Of a DNA stretch of 64,000 nt, positions 1 to 11,240 are shown piece by piece. Each line of letters opens with the position of its first letter. The stretch's first letter is position 1. The DNA is taken from positions 32,001 to 96,000 of the forward strand of contig CAVQNG010000005.1 in the NCBI GenBank assembly GCA_963713825.1, given 5' to 3'. The notes beneath the pieces were generated by a model, which saw only the letters and a program-made list of their open reading frames with translations, did no database searches and was not told the origin of the DNA. The position numbers and the translations under genes are program-made. The DNA is from an uncultured Acidobacteriota bacterium. Lineage in GTDB: Bacteria > Acidobacteriota > Thermoanaerobaculia > Multivoradales > JAHEKO01.

Positions 1-588
1 ACGCGTTCGGTTGTCGAGGCGTTGCCCGATACTTCCCGCGACTGGGGCCATTGGGCCTGGTACTGGCAGGACGTTTTCGAAGGAGAATACAGCGCCGCAC
101 TCGTCGGTCTCGAGACAAGCACCGACGAATGGATCCGGATCAAGATGGTGGCCCGGCCCAATGCCCTGTTCATGGCCCAGGCCTACCACTGGCTCGGGGA
201 GGTGGAGAAGGCGTCTTCAGCGTACGAGAAATCGAGGCGGCTCCTGGAGCCCGAGGTGGAGGCCTCACCCGGAGATCCACGGCTTCGTAGCTCTTTGGGG
301 TTGGCCTACGCGGCGCTTGGACGCAAAGAGGACGCCATCCGCGAGGGACTCCGCGCAACCGAGTTGCTGACCCAGGAAGAAGACGGTTTCTACTACCTCC
401 CGTACGCGATGGATCTAGCGCACATCTACACGATCCTCGGTGAGGACGACCTGGCCCTCGACCAGATCGAGAACCTGCTCACCAACCCTTCGTGGTTGTC
501 CCCCGCGTGGCTGCAGATGGACCCGCGCTGGGCGCCCTTGAGGGACCTACCGCGCTACCAGGCGTTGATCGAAAAGCACGCGACCTAG
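1..588 (+). CDS. C-terminal TPR region of a protein starting before the window; probably another kinase-TPR protein (5' partial)
   Basis: Frame 1 is open from base 1. TPR-like helices (LGLAYAALGRKEDAIREG). The tail 'LQMDPRWAPLRDLPRYQALI' resembles the ends of the kinase-TPR proteins K8, K13 and K14. Confidence 0.75.
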   Translation, partial: TRSVVEALPDTSRDWGHWAWYWQDVFEGEYSAALVGLETSTDEWIRIKMVARPNALFMAQAYHWLGEVEKASSAYEKSRRLLEPEVEASPGDPRLRSSLGLAYAALGRKEDAIREGLRATELLTQEEDGFYYLPYAMDLAHIYTILGEDDLALDQIENLLTNPSWLSPAWLQMDPRWAPLRDLPRYQALIEKHAT

Positions 589-635
589 GCCTTGAGGGTC
601 GAGGTGGGCCTGGGCGGATTCTCGAAGGAGGTCCG

Positions 636-699
636 TCCTGGAGGACCCCAGGGGGCTTTCCTCCCTTCCGCTGCAAGAACCCCCTGGAGTCCTCCAGGA
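636..699. repeat. GC-rich inverted repeat (~20 bp stem); REP-like element or terminator
   Basis: tcctggaggaccccaggggg (636-655) pairs with ccccctggagtcctccagga (680-699), 19/20; intergenic. Confidence 0.7.
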
Positions 700-785
700 A
701 CGAACCCCCAAGACCTGTTGCTGCCGACAATCGCGAGGAACATCGGGTAGGGGCTGACCCAACTCACCCTGATATCTTGCAGCCG

Positions 786-2021
786 ATGCCTCACCGCGAG
801 CCTGGGAGCAAGGCGCTGCTGTTCATCCTGGTCACCGTGTTGATCGACACGATGGGCATGGGCGTGATCATTCCGGTGATCCCAGAGCTGATCATGGAGC
901 TCACTGGCGAGGGTCTGAGTCGGGCCGCGGTCTACGGTGGATGGCTCGGCTTCGTCTACGCCGGCTTGCAGTTCGTGTTCGCCCCGATTCTGGGCAATCT
1001 GAGTGATCGGTTCGGACGTCGCCCAGTCATTCTGTACGCGTTGGGCTCGCTCGGCATCGACTACATCGTCATGGGGTTGGCGCCAACGATCCGGTGGTTG
1101 TTCATCGGACGTGCCATCGCCGGCATCGCTGGGGCCTCGTTCACGCCGGCGCACGCCTACATCGCGGACGTGACTTCTCCGGAGAAGCGGGCCCAGAGTT
1201 TCGGCATGATGGGGGCGGCCTTCGGAGCCGGCTTCATCCTCGGCCCGGCGCTGGGTGGGTTGCTCGGTGAGCTCGGCCCCAGGGCGCCGTTCTTCGCTGC
1301 CGCAGCTCTGAGTCTGGTCAACGTCATCTACGGCTTCTTCGTTCTCCCCGAAAGCCTCGAGCCCGAGCGGCGCAGGCCCTTCGATTGGCGGCGCGCCAAT
1401 CCGGTCGGGGCACTGCTCCAAATTCGTCAGCACCCCCTGGTCTTGGGTCTCTTGGCGTCTTTGTTTCTCTGGCAGGTGGCGCACCAAGCCATGACGAGCA
1501 CCTGGTCGTTTTACACGATGTACAAGTTCGGCTGGACCGAAGCGATGGTGGGTGGCTCGCTCGCCTTCGTGGGGGCCATCATGGTGATGGGGCAGAGCAC
1601 GCTGCCGAGAGTCCTCATTCCGAGCCTGGGCGAGCGGCGTACGGCGCTGATCGGTTTCGTCGCGGGCGGCACCGGCTATCTCGGCTATGCCTTCGCCACT
1701 CGAGGCTGGATGATGTTCGCTTGGCTTCTCACCTGGCTACTGGGCGCCCTCGTGATGCCATCTATTCAGTCGCTGATGTCCCATCGTGTCGCTGCCGACG
1801 CCCAGGGCGAGCTGCAGGGCGCCGTTGGAAGCCTGTACGGTTTGAGCTCCTTCATTGCGCCACCGGTGATGACGCAGCTCTTCCGTCGCTTTTCGGCCGA
1901 CGATGCACCGATTCACTTTCCAGGCGCCGCCTTCGTCCTGGCAGCGATTCTCGTCGCGGCCAGCATGACCCTCCTCTTGAACGCCACTCGTCAGTCACCT
2001 GAATCGGCTGGCGCCCCCTGA
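786..2021 (+). CDS. MFS efflux transporter, TCR/Tet (TetA-like) family
   Basis: Motif A '[12 protein letters not shown]', motif C '[13 protein letters not shown]', ~12 hydrophobic segments. ATG at 786 ([26 protein letters not shown]). Confidence 0.9.
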   Translation: MPHREPGSKALLFILVTVLIDTMGMGVIIPVIPELIMELTGEGLSRAAVYGGWLGFVYAGLQFVFAPILGNLSDRFGRRPVILYALGSLGIDYIVMGLAPTIRWLFIGRAIAGIAGASFTPAHAYIADVTSPEKRAQSFGMMGAAFGAGFILGPALGGLLGELGPRAPFFAAAALSLVNVIYGFFVLPESLEPERRRPFDWRRANPVGALLQIRQHPLVLGLLASLFLWQVAHQAMTSTWSFYTMYKFGWTEAMVGGSLAFVGAIMVMGQSTLPRVLIPSLGERRTALIGFVAGGTGYLGYAFATRGWMMFAWLLTWLLGALVMPSIQSLMSHRVAADAQGELQGAVGSLYGLSSFIAPPVMTQLFRRFSADDAPIHFPGAAFVLAAILVAASMTLLLNATRQSPESAGAP

Positions 2022-2074
2022 AAAGTGGCTGGCACCTGGTTTGAAGCGAGGTCGTCGGCTCGGAATGCGTCTGG

Positions 2075-2118
2075 TTGACTGGAGGCATTTCAATGTTTAG
2101 ACTAGTCGTAGACTAGTC
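2075..2118 (+). promoter_or_regulatory. sigma70-type promoter and operator of TA module 1
   Basis: TTGACT(2075-2080)-17 bp-TAGACT(2098-2103); two copies of the palindrome GACTAGTC at 2100-2107 and 2111-2118. Confidence 0.7.
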
Positions 2119-2131
2119 GGAGACGGGATTG

Positions 2132-2368
2132 ATGAGCGAAGTCGGCGCCTACGAAGCGAAGACGCACCTACCGAAGCTCTTGGAGCGGGTGAGGCAAGGG
2201 GAGCGGATCACAATTACGCGGCATGGAGTTCCTGTAGCGCACCTCGTGCCGGTTTCGGGCTCCCAGAGCGAGCCTGTCGCTCGGATCATCCAGGAGCTGC
2301 GCGAGTTTCGACGTGGTAGGCACCTTGGCGGCGCAGTCAAGGAGTTGATCGAGGAGGGCCGATCGTGA
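2132..2368 (+). CDS. Phd/YefM family antitoxin
   Basis: 'VGAYEAKTHLPKLLERVRQGERITITRHGVPVAHLVP' Phd signature; GTGA overlap with the PIN toxin. Confidence 0.9.
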   Translation: MSEVGAYEAKTHLPKLLERVRQGERITITRHGVPVAHLVPVSGSQSEPVARIIQELREFRRGRHLGGAVKELIEEGRS

Positions 2369-2772
2369 GCCTGGTGCTCGACTGTTCGGTGGCCATGGCG
2401 TGGTGTTTCGAGGAAGAGACTGGTGACTATGGCGATCGCGTGCTGGATGCCTTGGAGCTGGAAGAGGCTCTCGTGCCCTCGGTCTGGTCTCTGGAAGTGG
2501 CCAATGTTCTGGTGATTGCGGAGAGAAGGGGGCGCCTCAAAGTAGGAGAGTCGGCCCGGTTCCTCGAGCTGCTGCAATCGCTACCGATCTTCGTGGAGGA
2601 AGTCTCGCTACCCCGGGCCACCGGTGCTGTTCTGTCTCTCGCCCGCGAGCTCGATCTGTCCGCCTACGACGCTTCCTACCTGGAGCTGGCAATGAGATCG
2701 GGCGTCCCTCTGGCGACCCACGACCAGGCCCTGATCCAAGCCGCGGGCACCGTAGGCGTACCTCGATTCTGA
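2365..2772 (+). CDS. vapC: VapC (PIN domain) toxin
   Basis: 'LVLDCSVAMAW', 'LEVAN', 'LSAYDASYLELA', 'LATHD' PIN acidic residues. Confidence 0.9.
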   Translation: MSLVLDCSVAMAWCFEEETGDYGDRVLDALELEEALVPSVWSLEVANVLVIAERRGRLKVGESARFLELLQSLPIFVEEVSLPRATGAVLSLARELDLSAYDASYLELAMRSGVPLATHDQALIQAAGTVGVPRF

Positions 2773-2927
2773 AGGCCTCTGAGTCACCAGGGTCGTTGGC
2801 CCTCGTTGCAGATGCCGGGTTGCCCCTGCACCCATGCAGTAGAATCCAGATCGATCGATTCAACCAGCAGGATCGAGGTCGCAGGCTGAGCCGCGACCGC
2901 AAAGGGTGGCCTCGCTAGGGCACGTTC

Positions 2928-5666
2928 ATGATCGGCACGACCCTTTCCCACTATCGCATTCTCGCCAAGCTCGGTGAGGGCGGGATGGGTGAGGTGTACC
3001 GGGCCGAGGACCTCAATCTCAAGCGCCACGTTGCTCTCAAGGTGCTGCCGCCCGAAGTCGAAGGCAGCCAGGACAAGTTGGAGCGATTCCAGAGAGAGGC
3101 GGAGACGCTAGCGGCCCTCGACCATCCCAATATCGTCACGCTGTACAGCATCGAGGAGACTGATGGACAGCGCTTCCTCACGATGCAACTGGTCGAGGGC
3201 AAGCCGCTTGCCGACTTGATCACCGCCGAGGGCATGTCGGTCGCCAGGGTCCTCAAGATCGCCATCTCCCTGACTGAGGCCCTGAGGGTGGCGCATGACA
3301 AGGGTGTCGTCCACCGCGACCTCAAGCCGGCCAACGTGATGATCGATCAGGAGGGGCGTGTCAAGGTCCTGGACTTCGGCCTCGCCAAGCTGCGTCGGAC
3401 GGACTTCGACGCAGGAACCAGCTTGATGGCGACCGAAGCGATGACACAGGAAGGGGTCATCCTGGGGACGATTCCCTACATGTCGCCCGAGCAGATCCAA
3501 GGTGAGCAAGTGGATCACCGCACCGACATCTTCTCGCTGGGAATCATGCTCCACGAGATGCTCTGTGGAAGACGACCTTTCGAAGCGCCGAATACCGCCG
3601 CGCTGATGTCGAGCATACTGCGTGACCCCCCGACCCCGGTACGCGAGATCAAGCCCGAGCTGCCCGAGAAGATCGAAGAGATACTGCAGCGGTGTCTGGA
3701 GAAGGACCCGCTGCTGCGCTACCAATCAGCGGACCAGATCTGGCTCGAGCTGCGGGACGCCCAAAACAAGATCGGGGGCGCCGCCTCGGAGGAGATCGAA
3801 GCCGCTGTCGAGCGAGTCCTGGCCAAGGTCCCGACCGGGGCGTTGCCGACCTCGACCCCTGCGGCCGAAGTGACGCCAGAGGTAAGCGGTGCAGCTCCAG
3901 CGCGCCAGAGCCGGTGGTCCTACTGGTTGGCCGGGCTCGGGATGGTGTGGGGGATGGTCTTCGCCGTGTACTACGTGTTCTTCGACGGTGGAGAACCAGA
4001 CAGGCCCAGTGCTCCCCCGCCTACGAATCTGAGCCACAAGCAGCTGACGTCTCAGCCTGGTGTCGAGCAGATACCCAGCCTATCGCCCGATGGGGAATGG
4101 ATCGTCTATTCCGGCCAGGGCCCGGAGCATCAGGACATCTTTCTGCAAAGCGTCGGAGGCCAAACCCCATTCAACCTCACCGAGGACTCGGGTGCGGACA
4201 ACCTGCAGCCGGCGTTCTCTCCCGATGGTGAGAGGATCGCCTTCCGCTCGAGTCGCGACGGTGGTGGCCTCTTCGTCATGGGCCGTACGGGTGAGGCAGT
4301 CCGACGGGTGACTCGGGAGGGTTTCAATCCTTCGTGGTCTCCTGACGGCACCCAATTGGTCTACTCGACCGAGAGCGAGGGCCTCAATCCTCTCAATTGG
4401 GAAGGGCGAAGCTCGATCTGGGTGGCAGCGGTCGCGACCGGCGAGTCTCGCCAGTTGGTCGAAGAGGACGGTGTGGTTCCGAAATGGTCGCCGAACGGTG
4501 ACCGGATTGCGTTCGTGTCACGGATGGGCGACATGACCCAGATGGACATCGTGACGGTACCTGCCGACGGAGGAGAGAAGGTCGCTGTTACCCTCGACAA
4601 GGCCACGGACTGGGGGCCGGCCTGGTCACCGGATGGGCGGTACATCTACTTCGCCAGTGACCGCAGTGGAAGCATGAATCTCTGGCGAGTCGAAGTTGAC
4701 GAAAAGTCCGGCAAGGCCAGGGGTGAGCCCGAGCCGCTGACGACGCCCGCAACCTACCTGGCGCACCCGACCCTGTCCGGCAATGGGGACCGACTCGCGT
4801 ACACGTCGGTCCTGATGACGCAGAACGTCCAGAGGCTGGTCTTGGACCCAGAGACTGCGCAGCCGGAGGACCGGCCCGAATGGGTCACCAGTGGGTCTAT
4901 TCAGTTCTCGTCGGTCGATATCTCTGCAGATGGTGAATGGGTGGTCTTCTATACCCGCGCTCGCCCGGAGGGCGATCTCTATGTCGCTCGTGTCGATGGC
5001 TCGAGCCTGCGTCAGCTGACGAGCGACGAGGCGATGGATCGGGTGCCTCGGTGGTCGCCGGACGGTGAATGGGTGGCCTTCTTCTCGGACCGTAGCGGAT
5101 CGCTCCAGATCTGGAAGATTCGCCGGGACGGAAGCGACCTCCAGCAGCTCACGGATTCCACCCCCAATGTCGGTCTGCTTGCTTGGTCTCCTGATGGTGA
5201 GCGCATCGCGGCCATGAGGGGACTGAACGAGGACAATCGCACCGTCGTATTCGACCCGAATCGTGCCTGGACGGAGCAGGACGCCGAGTTCTTGCCGCAG
5301 ATCGAGGACGGTGGTCCTCAGATGGTCGTCACCTCCTGGTCACCGGACGGCACGATGTTGGCGGGCCAGGCCGGCTTCCCGGGAGTCGGCGTGATGGTGT
5401 ACTCGTTCGATTCGGGTTCCTACGAGCGGCTGACGGACTTCGGTGAGTGGCCGGTCTGGCTGCCCGACAGCCGTCGACTGATCTTCGTCTACGAGGGCAA
5501 GCGATTCTTCGTCGTCGACTCGGAAACGAAGGAGACTCAGGAGATCTTCTCCGTCCCCCGAGATGTCATCGGCCCGCCCCGCATCTCTGGTGACGGCACC
5601 CAGGTCGTCTTCAGCCGCCGGGTCACCGAAGCCGATATCTGGCTGCTGACCTTCAGCAGCGAGTAG
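2928..5666 (+). CDS. K1: Ser/Thr protein kinase + TM + PD40/TolB-like beta-propeller
   Basis: [26 protein letters not shown]; TM 'WLAGLGMVWGMVFAVYYVFF'; repeated WSPDG motifs. Confidence 0.95.
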   Translation: MIGTTLSHYRILAKLGEGGMGEVYRAEDLNLKRHVALKVLPPEVEGSQDKLERFQREAETLAALDHPNIVTLYSIEETDGQRFLTMQLVEGKPLADLITAEGMSVARVLKIAISLTEALRVAHDKGVVHRDLKPANVMIDQEGRVKVLDFGLAKLRRTDFDAGTSLMATEAMTQEGVILGTIPYMSPEQIQGEQVDHRTDIFSLGIMLHEMLCGRRPFEAPNTAALMSSILRDPPTPVREIKPELPEKIEEILQRCLEKDPLLRYQSADQIWLELRDAQNKIGGAASEEIEAAVERVLAKVPTGALPTSTPAAEVTPEVSGAAPARQSRWSYWLAGLGMVWGMVFAVYYVFFDGGEPDRPSAPPPTNLSHKQLTSQPGVEQIPSLSPDGEWIVYSGQGPEHQDIFLQSVGGQTPFNLTEDSGADNLQPAFSPDGERIAFRSSRDGGGLFVMGRTGEAVRRVTREGFNPSWSPDGTQLVYSTESEGLNPLNWEGRSSIWVAAVATGESRQLVEEDGVVPKWSPNGDRIAFVSRMGDMTQMDIVTVPADGGEKVAVTLDKATDWGPAWSPDGRYIYFASDRSGSMNLWRVEVDEKSGKARGEPEPLTTPATYLAHPTLSGNGDRLAYTSVLMTQNVQRLVLDPETAQPEDRPEWVTSGSIQFSSVDISADGEWVVFYTRARPEGDLYVARVDGSSLRQLTSDEAMDRVPRWSPDGEWVAFFSDRSGSLQIWKIRRDGSDLQQLTDSTPNVGLLAWSPDGERIAAMRGLNEDNRTVVFDPNRAWTEQDAEFLPQIEDGGPQMVVTSWSPDGTMLAGQAGFPGVGVMVYSFDSGSYERLTDFGEWPVWLPDSRRLIFVYEGKRFFVVDSETKETQEIFSVPRDVIGPPRISGDGTQVVFSRRVTEADIWLLTFSSE

Positions 5667-5780
5667 CCAAGGGGCGGGCTTGCCCCCGGCCCAGTAGCTT
5701 CTCCCCGGGGTCGCAAGAAAGTCTGCTTGGATTCCGACTCCATTGACGTGTACTAGGTCACCGCGCTGTGCTTGAAGCGC

Positions 5781-5816
5781 TTGCAAGAGATGCCTGCAAT
5801 GCCTACACTCGATGCA
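5781..5816 (+). promoter_or_regulatory. promoter of TA module 2; probably leaderless transcript
   Basis: TTGCAA(5781-5786)-17 bp-TACACT(5804-5809); ATG 7 nt downstream with no SD; ATGCCT repeated in the spacer. Confidence 0.55.
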
Positions 5817-6058
5817 TGCAGTACACGATTCGAAACATCCCGGGGGCGCTGGATGCCATGCTGAGAGACCGAGCCAAGAGGGAAGGCAAGAGTCTCAACG
5901 AAGTGGTGATCGAGGCGTTGGCGCGAGCCATGGGCTTTTCCAGGGAGCCCGTCCGCCAAAGGGATCTGAGCCGTATCGCGGGGACCTGGATCGACGACCT
6001 CGAGTTCGATCGCGCAATCGAAGACCAGGATCAGATCGATGAGGATCTCTGGCGGTGA
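5816..6058 (+). CDS. ribbon-helix-helix (FitA/VapB-like) antitoxin
   Basis: 'MQYTIRNIPGALDAMLRDRAKREGKSLNEVVIEAL'; GTGA overlap with the PIN toxin. Confidence 0.85.
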   Translation: MQYTIRNIPGALDAMLRDRAKREGKSLNEVVIEALARAMGFSREPVRQRDLSRIAGTWIDDLEFDRAIEDQDQIDEDLWR

Positions 6059-6447
6059 GGATCGCCCTCGACACCAACAGCTACTCCGATCTGTGTCGGG
6101 GAGTGCCAGAGGTCCGCGAGCGGTGCGAGTCCGCAGACTCGATCTACCTACCTCTGGTTGTTGTGGGTGAGCTCCGCGCTGGCTTTGCCGTGGGGAAGCA
6201 CGGCTCGGAGAACGAGGGGGTTCTGCAGCAGTTCCTGATTCAGCCCGGTGTCGAGGTCCTACTAGCCGACGAAGCAACGACCTTCCACTACGCGGCCGTC
6301 TACCGGCAGCTGAGATCCCAGGGTTCCCCCATTCCGACCAACGACATGTGGATCGCCGCCCTTGTGATCCAACACGGTCTCGTCCTGCTGCACCGCGATC
6401 GGCACTTCGACCAGCTGCCTCAGTTGGCGACGATTCAATCGGCCTGA
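6055..6447 (+). CDS. vapC: VapC (PIN domain) toxin
   Basis: 'IALDTNSY', 'VVGELRAG', 'PIPTNDMWIAA', 'RDRHF'. Confidence 0.9.
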   Translation: MRIALDTNSYSDLCRGVPEVRERCESADSIYLPLVVVGELRAGFAVGKHGSENEGVLQQFLIQPGVEVLLADEATTFHYAAVYRQLRSQGSPIPTNDMWIAALVIQHGLVLLHRDRHFDQLPQLATIQSA

Positions 6448-6460
6448 CGAAACTCGAGCG

Positions 6461-7267
6461 CTACTGCCCCACGATGGACGACCACCCGTCGAAAGCGCCG
6501 GTCTCGAAATCGCTGGCGAAGACGTTCGACGGGTCGTAGATGACCTTCAGGTCCACCCCCTGCGTAGGCGACTCGAAGAGACCGTTGAAGTAGCGGGTGT
6601 AGCCAGCTGAGCCCGTCGCGTCCTCAACCCCGACAGTCACCCCGAGGCCTAGGATCTCATCGAGACTGCCGTAGACTATCCAGACATTGTCGGTTCCCAG
6701 TTCGATCCAGATTTGGAACGTATATTTCTTTCCTGGTACGAACGCCGCTTCGACCGCATGCCACTCGATAACGCTGTAAATCGTCGATCCGCCGAGGAAG
6801 TTCCCCGTTCCCGCATAGATCTCGCCTGCGCCGGGGTCCCCTACGGCGGTGCCCTTCAAGTCCAGATCTCCCCAGAACGGTGCGATGACGTTGTTCGGCG
6901 GGGTCAAATCGGGAACCCACTGGTTGACACCAGATATCGATGTCGGGTCACCGGCATTGACGGGGATCGCGTAGCCGTTCGTGGTGACGTAGATACTGTC
7001 GTACTCGACGCCACCATAGAAGAAGGTATCGCCAGGAGGTGGACCGAATCCGATCGTCCAGGCCGCCTCGTTGCAATCGCTTGTACAGGTCAGGGGCGCC
7101 AGGATCGCCGACAGATCCACATAGCCTCCAGGTGAAGGTGAGGCTTTGAGTGTCCAGGTCGTCCATGGGCCGCTGGGCTCGAGGCCCGGGTCTTTAGCGA
7201 CGGCCATGACGGCGAACAGCGAGATGCAGCACGAGATGACTACAGCCGATCGAAACCGATTCCGCAT
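6461..7267 (-). CDS. secreted protein, nidogen(NIDO)-like domain, C-terminal 'FASDFETGAFDGWS' motif
   Basis: Signal peptide; 'FFYGGVEYDSIYVTTNGY' and 'NNVIAPFWGDL' motifs; SD GGGAGGAG upstream. Confidence 0.7.
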   Translation of the reverse strand: MRNRFRSAVVISCCISLFAVMAVAKDPGLEPSGPWTTWTLKASPSPGGYVDLSAILAPLTCTSDCNEAAWTIGFGPPPGDTFFYGGVEYDSIYVTTNGYAIPVNAGDPTSISGVNQWVPDLTPPNNVIAPFWGDLDLKGTAVGDPGAGEIYAGTGNFLGGSTIYSVIEWHAVEAAFVPGKKYTFQIWIELGTDNVWIVYGSLDEILGLGVTVGVEDATGSAGYTRYFNGLFESPTQGVDLKVIYDPSNVFASDFETGAFDGWSSIVGQ

Positions 7268-7495
7268 GGGGCTCCTCCCTTCGAGTTGGTTCCTCGAAGC
7301 TCAACCCACTTCGCCGTCAGGCGTTGCGCTGGCTGGTCAGTATCAAGTGGCGCGGAAAACCGCAGCACTCCACCTTCGGAAGGTGGGCCCTCGTCGAGAC
7401 AAACCCCACACTACTCCTCCGATGCAAGCCAGGCAAGGCTCGGAGAGGTGGGGAAGGGCGCCGAGCTACCACACAGGCAGCGGCCGGGGTCAGGT

Positions 7496-10198
<2,703 letters not shown>

Positions 10199-10427
10199 CG
10201 GTTCACCCAACCTAGCGGCCTCATCCAATGTCGGCCGAAGTCTGCTCGCGAAACGTGAGGGAATTGTATACGTGAATTGTCACGGGGGAGCCTTCGATCT
10301 GGGAGACCCATCGAGTGGCGTCAGCGGAGAAGGTAGCAGCTGTCCTGAGACTGGAGAACTAGGCGAGATCGGCCCTCCATTCTTCGTCTCTACGAATGGC
10401 GAGAGTAGGAAATAGGGAACTGGCCTC

Positions 10428-10465
10428 TTGTTGAATGATTATGAGGAGATTACAATGTAATTACA
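10428..10465 (+). promoter_or_regulatory. promoter and alternating-palindrome operator of the mazEF-like module
   Basis: TTGTTG(10428-10433)-17 bp-TACAAT(10451-10456); overlapping palindromes ATTACAATGTAAT and TGTAATTACA. Confidence 0.65.
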
Positions 10466-10502
10466 CTGTGACCAGCGCATTGGCGCTGACTCGGGAAACG
10501 AG

Positions 10503-10757
10503 ATGAAAGCCAAAATCGTCAGGATCGGTAACTCGCAGGGTTTGCGCATCCCGAAACCACTGCTGGAGCAGACGGGTCTCGAGGGGGAGGTGGAGATCAG
10601 GGTCGAGGATCAGTCGATTGTCATCTCGCCCCTCCATGACCGACGGTCGAACTGGGAGCTGGCCTTCGAAGCAATGGCTGCAACGGGCGACGATCGGTTG
10701 CTCGACGAGGCATGGGTTCTCACCGAGTGGGATGAGGCGGACTGGGAATGGAAGTAG
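10503..10757 (+). CDS. mazE: AbrB/MazE family antitoxin
   Basis: 'KIVRIGNSQGLRIPKPLLEQTGL' AbrB signature. Confidence 0.9.
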   Translation: MKAKIVRIGNSQGLRIPKPLLEQTGLEGEVEIRVEDQSIVISPLHDRRSNWELAFEAMAATGDDRLLDEAWVLTEWDEADWEWK

Positions 10758-11071
10758 GTCGCTTCGACGTCTTCCTGGTGAGCCTCGATCCAACGCTCGG
10801 TAGCGAGATCCAGAAGACCCGGCCCTGCCTGGTGGTCTCACCAGATGAGATGAACCGGCACATCCGAACCGTGATCGTGGCACCGATGACCACCCGTGGT
10901 CGCGCCTATCCCACGCGCATCGAATGTCGATTCCAAAGGAAATCGGGCCAGGTCGTGCTCGATCAGATTCGGACGGTGGACAAACGCCGCCTCGTCCGTC
11001 GCCTGGGGAAGCTCGACCGCAGAGCTGCCGCCAAGGTACTCGACACTCTGGCGGAAATGTTCGCCCCCTGA
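10748..11071 (+). CDS. mazF: PemK/MazF family endoribonuclease toxin
   Basis: 'LDPTLGSEIQKTRPCLVVSPDEMN', 'VAPMTT', 'DQIRTVDKRRL'. Confidence 0.92.
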   Translation: MEVGRFDVFLVSLDPTLGSEIQKTRPCLVVSPDEMNRHIRTVIVAPMTTRGRAYPTRIECRFQRKSGQVVLDQIRTVDKRRLVRRLGKLDRRAAAKVLDTLAEMFAP

Positions 11072-11182
11072 AGCGGCCGGCGCGGTAGCCAGCCGAAGTC
11101 GGCAATTGAAGCGACCGGCGCCTCTGCCGGCTTGAGACAGTGATTGAAGCGGCCGGCGCCTCTGCCGGCCGGGGCGAGTGGG
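11069..11182. repeat. three tandem 38-bp units with a palindromic core TGAAGCGGCCGG-N8-CCGGC
   Basis: Units start at 11069, 11107 and 11145; ~25 conserved plus ~13 variable bp each. Confidence 0.75.
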
Positions 11183-11186
11183 GGAT

Positions 11187-11208
11187 GTAGGAGCGGGCTT
11201 GCCCCGCC
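11187..11208 (+). repeat. GTAG-type REP element
   Basis: GTAGGAGCGGGCTTGCCCCGCC; related copies at ~5671-5689, ~25213-25240 and 39253-39276 (reverse). Confidence 0.7.
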
Positions 11209-11212
11209 TTCA

Positions 11213-11234
11213 AGACGTTTCCGCGGAAACGTCT
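11213..11234. repeat. 22-bp perfect palindrome AGACGTTTCCGCGGAAACGTCT (second copy at 11736-11757, inside the HNH gene)
   Basis: Two exact copies read directly from the sequence. Confidence 0.85.
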
Positions 11235-11240
11235 GACTCG

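Noticed and set aside
492-785. N-terminal extensions in the ORF track (MFS from 492; also K7 from 28494, K13 from 43449, K14 from 48356, hydrolase from 58035)
   Set aside because: They overlap upstream genes, hairpins or promoters; homology begins at downstream starts.
786-2021. Acquired tetracycline-resistance determinant
   Set aside because: Only family-level similarity; no tetR and no mobile-element context.
11069-11182. CRISPR array
   Set aside because: Only three degenerate units, variable parts ~13 bp (too short for spacers), and no cas genes in the window.
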